Positions 30,802 through 41,957 of a stretch of DNA of 64,000 nucleotides are shown in pieces; within the stretch, counting starts at the first letter, position 1, and every line of letters begins with the position of its first letter. Source of the stretch: Alphaproteobacteria bacterium (GTDB taxonomy: Bacteria > Pseudomonadota > Alphaproteobacteria > SMXP01). The notes below the pieces were generated by a model. It did no database searches. It was given only the letters and a program-made list of their open reading frames with translations, and was not told where the DNA came from. The stretch lies in contig CBDFKK010000002.1 in the NCBI GenBank assembly GCA_965248815.1, forward strand, positions 16,995-80,994. Direction: 5' to 3'. The translations under genes and the position numbers were made by a program.

Positions 30802-30972
30802 GAGAAGCGTCCGCGATTGCTACCAACCCAAAGCAAGTATTCTCCGCCAAACATGACGTGCCTGAATGACCAGAGCGTTAATTCCGTCAATCTTAATCAA
30901 TCGTCAACGAACGGCGAGCACGTGGCTGGGATTCCTAGGTATGAAATGAGCGCCTGAGAACTAAACAACTAA

Positions 30973-31464
30973 TTAACATGACCAGGATTGGGAGACCTTT
31001 GTTTCATGGACAGCTGTTCGTTGCACAAGAGTTCCACGGTGATACCAGCGCCATAGCCGCGACCGGAATGCGCCGTGCCTATGAAATCGAAGACTTTCGA
31101 TGGCGTACATTTCCGGCGCATCCGTTCGCCGCCAACAGAATAGGATTTTGTGATTTTCGAGATTGCTTGATGTTTTTAAAATCCAGCCTGAAAGCAGGTC
31201 ATTACTCCACACCAGCCTGTCGTTGGAAAACCATGCTGGAAATTCGCGCTGGTCTGTCCTTCCGTCATACCAAGAATAATAGTTTGTTTGATAGTAGGGA
31301 TACGGATCGACATCTGGTATGCGGCATACGGATCTGACTTGATGTTGGTCGACCAATGTACCGGACCTGTCGAAGTGACGATAAGACCCCTCCCAAATGC
31401 CCTCGTTCAAAGCAAGCATGGGCATCTGCCCCCGCAAGCCATATGTCCTGGCCGCAACAATCAT
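30973..31464 (-). CDS. Hypothetical protein (163 aa, Trp/Tyr-rich, possibly a lipocalin-like beta-barrel)
   Basis: Clean ORF. No confident family assignment. Confidence 0.3.
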   Translation of the reverse strand: MIVAARTYGLRGQMPMLALNEGIWEGSYRHFDRSGTLVDQHQVRSVCRIPDVDPYPYYQTNYYSWYDGRTDQREFPAWFSNDRLVWSNDLLSGWILKTSSNLENHKILFCWRRTDAPEMYAIESLRFHRHGAFRSRLWRWYHRGTLVQRTAVHETKVSQSWSC

Positions 31465-31592
31465 AAGTCTGACCTAAACAGCCGCGCACGTTCAAAGGTG
31501 GAAAACGGCAATTGAAGTTCCGGTCAAATATCAAGCAATGGAGAGTGAAAATCATTGACCGAGGTCAAAAATGAAACGGGGAGCCTGCGGCG

Positions 31593-32327
31593 TTATTCTT
31601 CGCCTGCGGCCAAGGACTGCAATACTTTGAGATCAGTCAACTGAACTTCATTTGCCCCGACTAGATGAATCACATGCTTGGTCTTTAGTTTGGTCAGGGC
31701 GCGGCTGACAGTTTCGATTGTCAAGCCAAGATAGTCAGCTATGTCTCCTCGCGACATCGGAAGGTGAACGAATTTTGACTCAGCTCCGTTCCGTTCTTGC
31801 CTTTCCGCAAGATGAAGAAGAAACCCGGCGACCCTTTGTTCCGCGGTCAGTTGGCCCAGCGCAAAAGCCAAATCAATGGAACTGGCGAGAACTTTTGATG
31901 AGATCAATCGGAACTGTCGGTCCATCGCCGGAAAAAGAGCAAGAAAATCCTCAAACTTTTTTCGCTCCCATCGGCAAAGCTGAGCATCCGCGCAAGCCTC
32001 TGCACTGACTTCATAGGTTTCACCAGGAGTGAGGCCGATCAGATCACCGGTTAGCAAAAAACCCAGCACCTGACGCTGACCCGCTGGCCCCATGCGGTAG
32101 ACAGTTATCGTACCCTTTTGAATATTGTAGATGTGTTTGGCGGGCTCATCGTCCAGAAATAACGTCTGGCCCCTATCCAGATCGATATGGGTAGAAGCCT
32201 TAAACAAAGTTGGCAAGTTCGTATCTGACAGGCCAATGCAAAGATCGCTAAGCCGGGCAGGGCAGTCGAAGCAGGCAATGGCTTCGACAGGCCCTTCGGG
32301 AGTTGCTCTGTAAGATTTGTCTGTCAC
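31593..32327 (-). CDS. Crp/Fnr-family transcriptional regulator, FNR-type (N-terminal Cys cluster)
   Basis: CFDCPARLSDLC cysteine motif. cNMP-binding-like beta-roll. C-terminal HTH (RGDIADYLGLTIETVSRAL). Confidence 0.8.
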   Translation of the reverse strand: MTDKSYRATPEGPVEAIACFDCPARLSDLCIGLSDTNLPTLFKASTHIDLDRGQTLFLDDEPAKHIYNIQKGTITVYRMGPAGQRQVLGFLLTGDLIGLTPGETYEVSAEACADAQLCRWERKKFEDFLALFPAMDRQFRLISSKVLASSIDLAFALGQLTAEQRVAGFLLHLAERQERNGAESKFVHLPMSRGDIADYLGLTIETVSRALTKLKTKHVIHLVGANEVQLTDLKVLQSLAAGEE

Positions 32328-32472
32328 CGAGAATCTAACCTTCGCCTAATACAAGAGAATATGTTACTCGCAATCAGCTGAACGAGAAAGCGAAGGTTGA
32401 CGCGCTAAACGCCCAGGGCTTTGCGCATGAAGGAACGTTAAGTCAAGGCGTAAGGCGAAATGGGAGACGGGT

Positions 32473-33597
32473 ATGGGTCCCCTTGAAGGTGTAAAAATCG
32501 TCGAGTTTGCCGGAATAGGGCCGGTGCCTTTTTGTGCCATGCTGCTCTCAGACATGGGGGCCGAGATTATTCGCATCGACCGCAAGGGGGAGCGTTCCGG
32601 CACGAAATATGATGTGACTGGTCGTGGCCGCCAGTCCGTTGCGCTAGATATCAAAAACCCCAGGGGTCTCGATGCCTGCCTGCGCTTGATTGAACGGGCG
32701 GATATTCTTATCGAAGGATTCCGTCCGGGAGTCATGGAACGTCTTGGACTTGGCCCGAATGCCTGTTTGGAAATAAATCCGAAACTCGTTTACGGACGCA
32801 TGACGGGATGGGGGCAGGACGGACCGCTCGCCAAGGCGGCGGGCCATGACATAAATTACATCGCATTGTCAGGCGTTCTTCATGCGATTGGTCCCGCTCA
32901 TAAAAAGCCGTTGCCTCCCCTCAATCTTGTTGGGGATTTTGGCGGGGGCGCGCTCTATTTGGCGTTAGGCGTGGTCGCAGCCCTCTTCGAGGCGCGACAA
33001 TCAAAAAAAGGGCAGGTGGTCGACGCGGCCATGACCGACGGCTCGGCGTCTTTACTAGCCAGCCATTTTGGATATCTGGCACAAGGTATATGGAAAACAG
33101 AACGCGGCACGAATTTCTTGGATGGTGGGGCGCATTTTTACAATAGTTATGAAACGGCTGACGGCAAATTCATCGCCATCGGATCAATCGAACCAAAGTT
33201 TTACGCCTTGCTGCGGCAGCACGCGAACCTTGTTGACAACGAGTTCGATCACCAAATGGATCCGCACCATTGGCCTCAGTTGAAAGAAAAGCTGGATACG
33301 GTGTTCAAAACCAAAACGCGGCAAGAATGGTGCGACGTAATGGAGGGCACAGACGTGTGTTTTGCTCCCGTCTTGTCCATGGAAGAAGCCGGACAACATG
33401 CTCACAATCGTGCGCGGCAAACCATCGTCGAGATAGACGGCGTCGCCCAACCGGCGCCAGCTCCCCGCTTTAGCCGCACGCCATCTGCGATCCAAGGTCC
33501 GCCGCCAGAGACCGGTGCAGATACGCAAGCCGCTCTGCTGGCTTGGGGTTGTTCCCAAGAAGAGATCGAAGAGTTGAAAACGAGTAACGCTATATGA
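32473..33597 (+). CDS. CoA-transferase family III (CaiB/BaiF; alpha-methylacyl-CoA racemase-like)
   Basis: [33 protein letters not shown]-terminus and family-III length and topology. Confidence 0.85.
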   Translation: MGPLEGVKIVEFAGIGPVPFCAMLLSDMGAEIIRIDRKGERSGTKYDVTGRGRQSVALDIKNPRGLDACLRLIERADILIEGFRPGVMERLGLGPNACLEINPKLVYGRMTGWGQDGPLAKAAGHDINYIALSGVLHAIGPAHKKPLPPLNLVGDFGGGALYLALGVVAALFEARQSKKGQVVDAAMTDGSASLLASHFGYLAQGIWKTERGTNFLDGGAHFYNSYETADGKFIAIGSIEPKFYALLRQHANLVDNEFDHQMDPHHWPQLKEKLDTVFKTKTRQEWCDVMEGTDVCFAPVLSMEEAGQHAHNRARQTIVEIDGVAQPAPAPRFSRTPSAIQGPPPETGADTQAALLAWGCSQEEIEELKTSNAI

Positions 33598-34325
33598 GCG
33601 CCTTGCCAGGGACCACAGGGCGTCGGCGCATTTATCTTATGCGCCATGGTCATGTCGATTATTTCAGCGAGGCTGTTAAACGATCACAGCACTTGGACGA
33701 AGTCCCCTTGACGGAGCTTGGCCGCGAACAAGTGACTGCGGCGGCGCAGGCACTGTCCCACGTGACGTTCGATCGCGCGGTTTGTTCAGGCCTGCCGCAC
33801 ACAAGAGAAACGGCCAAGCTCGTGCTCGATCAACAAGCGAATTCGGCCCCCAATCTCGAAGTGCGGGAAGAGCTCAAGGAAATTAACACTGGAAGGCCGA
33901 TGAAGATCATCAGCCGCGAGCAGCTAGCGGCCCTGATGGCGTTTCACTTCGACAATGCCGCTCAAGAGGGCGCGGAGCTATTTGAGGACGGAGAGAAGTT
34001 TGCAGACGCCTATGAGCGGGCCGTGCGCGGAATTGAAACGCTGCTTGTTGAACCCAACTGGCACAGCATGCTTGTCACCGCCCACGAGGGAACCAATCGC
34101 TTGCTCTTGGGCTGGGCCACCGGCAATGGCCTCAATGCCATTCAAGCATTCGAGCAGGACCTCGCCTGCATCAATATTTTGGATTTCGATCTTGTGCCGC
34201 GCGAAGACGGCGAGGGGACGCAGATCGAGCGCAAAATCATCAAAGCGGTCAACCTCACGCCGTACAACTTCGTCAAGCACTGCATGAACTTGACCAGCAT
34301 CGAAACGATCTTTGCGAAGCTTTAG
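33594..34325 (+). CDS. Histidine phosphatase family protein (phosphoglycerate-mutase-like)
   Basis: RIYLMRHGH catalytic RHG motif. Start overlaps the upstream stop (ATGA), suggesting an operon with the CoA-transferase. Confidence 0.75.
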   Translation: MSALPGTTGRRRIYLMRHGHVDYFSEAVKRSQHLDEVPLTELGREQVTAAAQALSHVTFDRAVCSGLPHTRETAKLVLDQQANSAPNLEVREELKEINTGRPMKIISREQLAALMAFHFDNAAQEGAELFEDGEKFADAYERAVRGIETLLVEPNWHSMLVTAHEGTNRLLLGWATGNGLNAIQAFEQDLACINILDFDLVPREDGEGTQIERKIIKAVNLTPYNFVKHCMNLTSIETIFAKL

Positions 34326-34345
34326 TTTCAAATTGCACAGCCGCG

Positions 34346-36196
34346 CTAGTTGTCCGGCAGCATCCACCAGGTATCGATTTTGGTGCCGGTCAGCGGCACG
34401 CGATCTGGTGGTTGCAGCTCGAACCAATAGGCGACGCGGTCCGCCGGCAAGTAGTAGAACGGAATGATGTAATGGCCCGACAGTAAGACGCGATCGAGGG
34501 CCCGGGCCGCCGCCACCAGGTCGTCGCGTGTGCGTGCATCCGTCAGGGCCGCGATCATGGCATCGACCGCATCGCTTTTGACCCCGGCGAGATTAAACGT
34601 GCCGTCGATATTGGCTTCTTTGGAGCCATAGCGGAACGCTTGTTCGTTTCCCGGCGACAAAGTCCCGCGCCAACTAAAGGGCACCATGTCGAAGTCATAA
34701 GTCTCTTGGCGCTCATGAAACTGAGCATTATCGACGGGCCTGACGTCCACTTTTATTCCGACACCTTCGAGCGTCTTTGCGAATGTCAGCGCGATTCGCT
34801 CTTCCACAGCACGCTGGAGCAAGATCTCAAAGGTAAAAGGTTCACCCGTCTTCTGGTTGACCATTTGGCCGTCGTGCACAACCCAGCCGGCATCTGAAAG
34901 CAATTGCAAGGCCCGGCGTTTGTTGGCGCGGACGGCCCCAGCCGAGCCGCCGGCCGGGGCCTTCCAACCTTGCGCCATAACGTCAGCTTTGACGGACTCG
35001 GGATAAGGCTTTAGCAGCTTTTCTTCCAGCGCATTGACAAGCGTGCCCGAAGTTCCGAGGTCTGAATTGTCGAAGAAGCTCTCTACCCGTTTGAACGAGC
35101 CGTAAAATAAGTTTTGATTCATCCACTCAAAATCGAATAGATGAATGAGGGCGCTGCGTACGCGCTCATCCTCAAACATTTCTCTTCTGGTGTTGAAGAC
35201 AAAGCCGTACATGTCGGACGGGCGCCCGTGTGCGAATTCTTTGCGTTGAACTCTTCCATCCTTGGTGGCGGAAAAATCGTATCCCGTAGCCCAATTTTTC
35301 GCCGAACGCTCATAACGCAAGAGGACATCACCGCGCTTAAAGGCTTCAAACAGCGTTGCGCTGTCGCGGAAAAAATCATAGCGAATGTCATCAAAATTAT
35401 GCCGTCCGCGATTGACCGCCAGGCCATTTCCCCAATAGTTGGGATTGTGCGAAAACGTAATGCGGCGGCCAGGCTCCACTTGGCTGATGACATAAGGACC
35501 GCTGCCGAGCGGGACATCAAGCGAGCTTCTGTCAAACTGGCGAGGTTCAAAAAACGCTTTTGACAGGATGGGCATGAGGCCCATGATCAAGGGCAATTCC
35601 CGATTGCCTGTGTCCTTGAAAACGAAGCGCACTTTGCCCGGCGCCGGTTGCTCGATCCGATCAACCAACGAATAGTAGCGCCGCATGTTAGGGCGGCCTT
35701 GGTCTTTGAGCGTTTGCCAAGAAAAGATGACATCGTCAGTCGTAATTGACGTGCCATCGGAAAAACGCGCTTCGGCCCGAAGTTCAAACTCAACCCAGCT
35801 GCGATCCTCAGGCGTCTCGACGGAATTAGCGATCAAACCGTAGAGCGAAAACGGTTCGTCGTGTCCGCGCATCATAAGACTTTCAAACGTGTGCACCTGC
35901 ACAAGCAAGTAAGAAATATCGTACTGAGCTTGAGGTGAATTTCCCTGCAGGATGAAAGGATTCAAACTGTCGAATGTCCCAAGTGCGCCAACAACGAGTT
36001 CTCCGCCTTTCATGGCAGACGGATCGATATAATCGAACCGCCTAAAGCCGGCGCTATAACGTGGCTCCCCATGCATCGCGATGGCATGCCTGGGTCCTGT
36101 ACCCGGCGCGAGCTTGTCGGCCGCACCGGCAACGCCTGATGCGGTAATCAATAGGCACACGCACCAACTCAACAGTTTCACACCGGTCAGCCGCAT
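34346..36196 (-). CDS. ABC transporter substrate-binding protein, family 5 (peptide / YejA-like)
   Basis: 616 aa with an N-terminal signal peptide. Length and sequence features of cluster C solute-binding proteins. Confidence 0.8.
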   Translation of the reverse strand: MRLTGVKLLSWCVCLLITASGVAGAADKLAPGTGPRHAIAMHGEPRYSAGFRRFDYIDPSAMKGGELVVGALGTFDSLNPFILQGNSPQAQYDISYLLVQVHTFESLMMRGHDEPFSLYGLIANSVETPEDRSWVEFELRAEARFSDGTSITTDDVIFSWQTLKDQGRPNMRRYYSLVDRIEQPAPGKVRFVFKDTGNRELPLIMGLMPILSKAFFEPRQFDRSSLDVPLGSGPYVISQVEPGRRITFSHNPNYWGNGLAVNRGRHNFDDIRYDFFRDSATLFEAFKRGDVLLRYERSAKNWATGYDFSATKDGRVQRKEFAHGRPSDMYGFVFNTRREMFEDERVRSALIHLFDFEWMNQNLFYGSFKRVESFFDNSDLGTSGTLVNALEEKLLKPYPESVKADVMAQGWKAPAGGSAGAVRANKRRALQLLSDAGWVVHDGQMVNQKTGEPFTFEILLQRAVEERIALTFAKTLEGVGIKVDVRPVDNAQFHERQETYDFDMVPFSWRGTLSPGNEQAFRYGSKEANIDGTFNLAGVKSDAVDAMIAALTDARTRDDLVAAARALDRVLLSGHYIIPFYYLPADRVAYWFELQPPDRVPLTGTKIDTWWMLPDN

Positions 36197-36562
36197 TGTG
36201 TGTTCGTCTCCGTTTCGTCAGTGCGCTTGGCGCGGCGCCAAAGCAGTCCAGAGTCTTGTCCACCTTAACCCGCGAGGGTTGTGAGTTCGTGAACCATCGC
36301 CAACAAGAATGGCCAATTTATGACAGTTTCGGGCCGGAAAAATGGTCCAGATGCACCTCAACATTTACCTGAACAAAAGCCCGCAACTCGCATTCATCAG
36401 GGGTTCAGGGCCGATACATAAAGTAGTTGTTAATCGTGTTTAAGAGGGAAGATCAATGAATTTTCTAAATTTTTCGTTGCCTCAAAAACGCGGTCAGCGA
36501 GCGAATGAAACTTGGTGATGTTCGGGATGTTCTTTCCCTCATGGGACTAAGGGAGTTGTGAA

Positions 36563-37549
36563 ATGGCCGCGATATATGAAGTTGATCGTCCAGCTAGACG
36601 TAGCGTTTTTCACTTTTTGGGCATGATGATCGTAGGCGCTGCGGGCGTGGCCGCCGCTCTGGTGACGGACTTTGTCGCCAAGGGAGATGCCTCCGCCATT
36701 TTAAAAATGAATGTGATTCTAAATCAGTTGGCCCCTTGGGAGGTGCCGCTGGGCTATCTGACGTTAGCGTTGCTTGTTGCTGGACCGATGGCCGTACTGG
36801 TTTTCGAGCCGCGCACCAAACGAGCAGCTTTCTATACGGGAGCGAGCGTGCTCGCGGTCGCCATGGCGGGAACGCCGGTCGAAGAACTCGAGCGCATGGC
36901 ACCGTTGTTTGATTTCAACCCCCCGGCGCTGCAAGGAATGGTCAGTCCGGCCATGCCCACATTGCCGGAAACGATGCTTGATCCTCAAGCCAACCCGGAC
37001 GAGACGTCATTCTTGAGCGGAAATGGCGACGGTAGGGGTGAATTTAATATGGCGATGGAAACCGGAACGTTAGAGCTGGCAACATATACCCCGTGTGTTG
37101 ATGAGCAGACACCCGTTGTGGCTGCTGGTTTTTCATTTGCCAGCATGATGACAAGCGAATGTTTCAATGACCGCACAATTGTTCCGGCGCAAATGAACAC
37201 ATCTGTTGCTGTTACGGTATCGGTCCTGCTGCCGGACGATAGCGAACCTCCGAAAATGTCCGCACGGCTTTATGACTCGGTGAGTGACCAAACTTGGGAT
37301 TTGGGTGTCGGACGGGCCAGCAGGAAGAACGGGGGTTACCTTGTGACTTACACGGCAAATGTCGCTCCCAACACTACATCGGGTAAACCATTGGCCCATC
37401 TTTACGTGCGGGTTGAAGCAGAAGGCTATGAGATCGCGGAAACCGACCAACAGTTATCCAACGTCGCTCCCGTCGTACTTGGACTGCAGTTGGCCAACTC
37501 CAGCCAACCGATATGGATGCAACGCTTTAGCCGGCCCTACAAATTCTAA
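36563..37549 (+). CDS. Hypothetical membrane-anchored protein (328 aa)
   Basis: Two or three N-terminal transmembrane helices followed by a soluble region. No recognised domain. Confidence 0.4.
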   Translation: MAAIYEVDRPARRSVFHFLGMMIVGAAGVAAALVTDFVAKGDASAILKMNVILNQLAPWEVPLGYLTLALLVAGPMAVLVFEPRTKRAAFYTGASVLAVAMAGTPVEELERMAPLFDFNPPALQGMVSPAMPTLPETMLDPQANPDETSFLSGNGDGRGEFNMAMETGTLELATYTPCVDEQTPVVAAGFSFASMMTSECFNDRTIVPAQMNTSVAVTVSVLLPDDSEPPKMSARLYDSVSDQTWDLGVGRASRKNGGYLVTYTANVAPNTTSGKPLAHLYVRVEAEGYEIAETDQQLSNVAPVVLGLQLANSSQPIWMQRFSRPYKF

Positions 37550-37581
37550 CCCGGCTCGGAAGAAACAGCTTATTTGGAAGT

Positions 37582-37911
37582 CTAGTGGGTGTGTTCTCGC
37601 AGGAGCTCGTAAGTGCCGTTGTCCAACCTGCCGAACATTTCTTTCACTTGAGGATGGCGCACCGGCTCGCCGGTGTCGTCGGTCAATAGATTTTGTTCCG
37701 ACACGTAGGCGATGTAGTCGGTTTCTTCGTTTTCGGCCAGCAAGTGATAAAATGGCTGATCTTTGCGCGGGCGCATGTTTTCCGGGATTGACAGCCACCA
37801 TTCCTCGGAATTGCTGAATGTCGGGTCGACGTCGAAAATCACACCCCGGAACGGGAAAATGCGATGGCGGACGACCTGACCGATATTAAATTTTGCGCGC
37901 CGACCTCTCAT
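37582..37911 (-). CDS. hspQ: Heat-shock protein HspQ (YccV-like hemimethylated-DNA-binding domain)
   Basis: KFNIGQVVRHRIFPFRGVIFDVDP motif. The ATG at 37911 is preferred; the ORF track extends to 37986. Confidence 0.8.
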   Translation of the reverse strand: MRGRRAKFNIGQVVRHRIFPFRGVIFDVDPTFSNSEEWWLSIPENMRPRKDQPFYHLLAENEETDYIAYVSEQNLLTDDTGEPVRHPQVKEMFGRLDNGTYELLREHTH

Positions 37912-38390
37912 TCTCGCGAGCTCTCCACGGCTCAATGGCCTGGTTGTTCTTAACCGCCGGAAATTCCCCATTCCCCTTAGCGGCAAACATAAGACAAGAG
38001 TATTCTACGGCAAGATAAATTTGTCGTAAGTGTGTAGCCGTTTATTTGGGCCATTTTAAGTCCGTTACACAAAATTGGAATTCACAGTTTATGACTTCAG
38101 AAACAACTCATAATATCAATGCTTTAGGATATATATATTGAGAACCTAGGTAAGACATGAACTGGTTGAACTGAGGGGCTGGAACACGTCAACATGAAAG
38201 GCAGACGGGCTGGCGCGCCACGGACCCGCGCAACCGTTTCCGTCCAATAGCGATTGAGATCAGCAAAGATTCGGGGCGCATAGTTCGCTTCTTTGAATTT
38301 TTTGGGGTTCAACGGGCTGCAGGGCGAATCCTGCTAGAGTGCGCACTACAATCAATTTCTTGCAAAAAGTCGAGGCGCGACGGCCACGCC

Positions 38391-39461
38391 ATGCAACCAA
38401 CGCTCAACAATCTCGTGAGTTTCTTTCTCTATTTCGCCATTGCTGCCCTGGCCGTATATATGCTGGTTGTAGGCAAAGACATTCTACAGCCGCTGGTTAT
38501 TTCCATCATCATCGCCTACCTCATCGGGTCCTTGTCCAGCAGTGTGCAGCAGCACGTCCCACTGGGCCTGCGCGTTCCCGATTGGCTGGCGATGTCGGTC
38601 GCCGTGTTACTTGTCTTTGTATTGCTTTGGCTGGTCGTCAATCTCATCATGGCAAATATCGAGCAGGTCTTAGCGCGAGCTCCCGACTATCAGCGCAGCT
38701 TGGAATCTATTTTGGAAGAGACCTCGGGCGCATTGGGCCTGGGTCAAATACCCACCCTTGATCAAATGACGGAGAGCCTAGATCTGGCTTCTTTGATCAG
38801 CGCTTTTCTGTCACCCCTTCAAGCGATCGCCGGCAACGTTTTGACCATAGCGTTTTACGTGTCCTTTCTACTGCTGGAGCACAAATCCCTCCGCCTCAAG
38901 CTTCAAAAGCTTGTTCCAGATCCCGAACGCGAAGCCAAAATCGAAGCGGCGATAGACAATATTGAAATCAAGATCCGACGCTACGTCTGGATCAAGACAA
39001 TTATCAGCTTTCTAACGGCAGCGTTTAGTTACTTTGTGATGCGCGTCATGGGGATCGACTTTGCTGGATTTTGGGCCGTTCTAATATTCGTCTTGAATTT
39101 CATTCCCTATATCGGATCGCTCATCGCCGTTGCATTTCCCGTCATGCTGACGTTGGTGCAATTCCAATCTATTCCAATGTTCTTGATTGCCTTGGCACTT
39201 CTGACAACAATTCAAATAGTTGTCGGAAGTGTCATTGAGCCGCGGGTCATGGGCAGTTCGCTCAATCTGAGTCCTCTTGCCATTCTTCTGATCTTAGCAA
39301 TTTGGTGGAGTATTTGGGGTGTCGTGGGCATGATTATCTGCGTGCCCATGATGGTCATCGCCATGATTGTTTTTGCGCAGTTTCCGCAGACGCGGGCCGT
39401 GGCGATTATCATGTCCGAAAACGGTCAAATCGATGACACGCGCGCGGCTCCTGCAGAATAA
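38391..39461 (+). CDS. AI-2E family transporter (PerM/UPF0118)
   Basis: 356 aa, about 8 transmembrane helices, with a topology typical of AI-2E family permeases. Confidence 0.8.
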   Translation: MQPTLNNLVSFFLYFAIAALAVYMLVVGKDILQPLVISIIIAYLIGSLSSSVQQHVPLGLRVPDWLAMSVAVLLVFVLLWLVVNLIMANIEQVLARAPDYQRSLESILEETSGALGLGQIPTLDQMTESLDLASLISAFLSPLQAIAGNVLTIAFYVSFLLLEHKSLRLKLQKLVPDPEREAKIEAAIDNIEIKIRRYVWIKTIISFLTAAFSYFVMRVMGIDFAGFWAVLIFVLNFIPYIGSLIAVAFPVMLTLVQFQSIPMFLIALALLTTIQIVVGSVIEPRVMGSSLNLSPLAILLILAIWWSIWGVVGMIICVPMMVIAMIVFAQFPQTRAVAIIMSENGQIDDTRAAPAE

Positions 39462-39477
39462 CTGGGGTTCTAGATTG

Positions 39478-40347
39478 CTAGGCCAAAACGGCTCGATTCA
39501 TTTCCAGTCCTGAAATGAGATATGACGAAGCCGTCTCTTGTTGCTTGGGCTCGTCTTCGAGCATGGCAAAATCGCTCGCCTTTAGAACCAAACTTACAAA
39601 TTCCTCGACATGCCAAAAGGCGGGGTCGAGCGCACCAGGAAGTGTTTCGACGACAGGATAAGGCCACGGCGAAATATAAAGATAGGGCTCGGCGTAATTG
39701 TCGTCGCCCGGCGAAAACCCAATTCCGATCGAGCGTGCCGTCTCAGGATCGCCTTCCTCGAGTGAAATCAGTGTTGCAAGGTCAAAGTGATGAGGCCAAC
39801 AGCGGACCGGCGCGGCACCGGCGTTTGATTCGGCGATCTCGTCCAGCAAAACCGAAATATTAGAAAAGTAGCTCTGCAGTTCTCTTAGACCTTGGTGATG
39901 CTCCTCCAAATTGTATGCGTCGCCCGACGCGAGGGGAGAGGACGGCATCTCGTAAGGGACGTCTGCCGGCAATTGAGATCCGTCCAGACCAAAATCGTTT
40001 AGAGCAGATGCAAGCCATGTCCGCACGTCGTCATCTCCCTTGCCAGCTAACGCGATCGATCTCACGGCCTGCGTGTCGCGCGTTTTGACTGCAAGAGAGA
40101 GCGTGTCGAAACTCGCGCATAGTCGAAATGGTGACCGTCCAGACTCAACCCAAGCACCCACCATCGCTTGATCAGTCTCAGACCAAGTCATGCTTGTGTG
40201 ACTGAAGTCCGGTTTTTCGTCGACATATGTATAGCCGACGCGCGCAATCCATTGTGACGCGTAGTGAGCTTGCAGCCGTGCGGGCTCAAGCCGCCCTGGC
40301 GACACGGCGCCAAGCTTGTGCCAAGATTGTTTGTTTGCCGGTGCCAT
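39478..40347 (-). CDS. Hypothetical protein (about 289 aa)
   Basis: Start set at MAPANKQSW (ATG 40347). The longer ORF would overlap the divergent amidase upstream region. No family recognised. Confidence 0.4.
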   Translation of the reverse strand: MAPANKQSWHKLGAVSPGRLEPARLQAHYASQWIARVGYTYVDEKPDFSHTSMTWSETDQAMVGAWVESGRSPFRLCASFDTLSLAVKTRDTQAVRSIALAGKGDDDVRTWLASALNDFGLDGSQLPADVPYEMPSSPLASGDAYNLEEHHQGLRELQSYFSNISVLLDEIAESNAGAAPVRCWPHHFDLATLISLEEGDPETARSIGIGFSPGDDNYAEPYLYISPWPYPVVETLPGALDPAFWHVEEFVSLVLKASDFAMLEDEPKQQETASSYLISGLEMNRAVLA

Positions 40348-40415
40348 ATGTCTTCCTCTTGTGCGTTGCCTTTGGCCTCCAGCAAAGCACACCTGGGCGC
40401 AAAGAGGAACGCACA

Positions 40416-41957
40416 ATGGAAAACGGAAAGTGGACGCGTCGCGCTGCGTTGAAAAATGGCGCGGCCGCCCTTGGGGCCATAGGCGCAGTCGCGCAAGGAG
40501 CGAAAGCAATGGAGCGAACACGGCCGCCGATCTCGGATGCATACGAGTCCTATGATGGACTAGGCCTTGCAGAACTGGTATCGCGCGGCGATCTAAGTCC
40601 TGAAGAACTCCTTGAGATAGCAATCGATCGAACAGAAACCATAAATCCGAAAATCAATGCAGTGGTCTTGAAATATTACGACCTCGCGCGCCGGCAAATA
40701 AAAGATGGCTTGCCGCAAGGAGTCTTCAGGGGCGTTCCCTACTTGCTGAAAGATTTGGGTCTCGAATTGCAAGGAACCTATACAACTTCAGGCAGCCGCT
40801 CGGCCGTCGACATTTCGGCTGCCACCTCCGACAGCACATTGGTTGCCCGTTACAAGCACGCAGGTCTCGTATTGTTCGGCAAGACGGCAACGCCCGAGTT
40901 TGGTTTGACGGCGACGACGGAATCCAAACTTTACGGACTGACGCGAAATCCATGGAATTTGGAACTAACGGCCGGCGGGTCTTCCGGCGGGGCGGCGGCG
41001 GCCGTTAGCGCAAGACTTGTTCCCATGGCTCATGCCAGTGATGGAGGCGGTTCCATTCGCACGCCCGCATCTTGCTGCGGCGTGTTCGGGATGAAACCGA
41101 CACGCGCGCGGGTGCCTCTGGGGCCGAGCTACGTCGAAGCTTGGCAAGGCTTAAGTACGACACACGCTGTCTCTATGAGCGTACGAGACAATGCCGCGCT
41201 CTTGGATATTTCCCACGGCCCTGAAATAGGGTCTCCGTATATCGCACCGCCGCCTGAACGACTTTATTTGAAAGAAGTTGACCGAGATCCCGGTCCGCTT
41301 CGTATTGCGTTGATCAAAGGCCCTCCCTCGGGCAGCGCAGTAGACCCGATTTGTCTACGCGGCGCGGAGGAAACGGCGCGATTGTGTGAATCCCTCGGGC
41401 ATTTTGTCGAAGAAGCGCAACCGTCACTCAATTTCGAGGCCATCAACAAGGGCATGTTGGATACGCTCGGCGTCGCGGTTCAACAGAAACTCGAAGATAT
41501 TGGCCGGGCGCGCGGGCGGGCAATTGAGGATCACGAAGTTGAGCCTGTGACATGGTTGTTTGCCGAACAGGGAAAAACAATCAACGCCATTGACTATGCA
41601 CGTGCCCGGTCAGCGTTTCATGCTGCCGGCCAGACAATGGCGAATTTCATGAAAGACTTTGATGTGATCTTGTCACCAACACTGGCAAAGCCACCTGTGA
41701 AGTTGGGTCTCTTAAGTCTTTCTCCGGTCGATTTTGATGCCTATGTAGAGGACGTCACGACGTTCGGTCCGTTTACAGCTATTTACAATCAAACAGGACA
41801 GCCCTCTATGTCGGTTCCGTTATATGAAACCGAAGACGGTCTTCCGGTCGGCATGATGTTTTCCGGACGGTTTGGCGATGAGGCGACGTTGTTTAGACTT
41901 GCGGGCCAGCTGGAGCGTGCCAGACCCTGGCGCAATAGACGCCCACCACTTAGCTGA
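40416..41957 (+). CDS. Amidase (amidase-signature family) with twin-arginine signal peptide
   Basis: TRRAALKNGAAALGAIGAVA Tat signal. GGSSGG and Ser-cisSer-Lys signature region (ASDGGGSIRTPAS). Confidence 0.85.
   Translation: MENGKWTRRAALKNGAAALGAIGAVAQGAKAMERTRPPISDAYESYDGLGLAELVSRGDLSPEELLEIAIDRTETINPKINAVVLKYYDLARRQIKDGLPQGVFRGVPYLLKDLGLELQGTYTTSGSRSAVDISAATSDSTLVARYKHAGLVLFGKTATPEFGLTATTESKLYGLTRNPWNLELTAGGSSGGAAAAVSARLVPMAHASDGGGSIRTPASCCGVFGMKPTRARVPLGPSYVEAWQGLSTTHAVSMSVRDNAALLDISHGPEIGSPYIAPPPERLYLKEVDRDPGPLRIALIKGPPSGSAVDPICLRGAEETARLCESLGHFVEEAQPSLNFEAINKGMLDTLGVAVQQKLEDIGRARGRAIEDHEVEPVTWLFAEQGKTINAIDYARARSAFHAAGQTMANFMKDFDVILSPTLAKPPVKLGLLSLSPVDFDAYVEDVTTFGPFTAIYNQTGQPSMSVPLYETEDGLPVGMMFSGRFGDEATLFRLAGQLERARPWRNRRPPLS

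Noticed and set aside
38080-38135. 16-codon mini-ORF (MTSETTHNINALGYIY) in the AT-rich divergent region between hspQ and the AI-2E transporter
   Set aside because: No Shine-Dalgarno and no conservation evidence. The AT-rich stretch is more simply promoter DNA.
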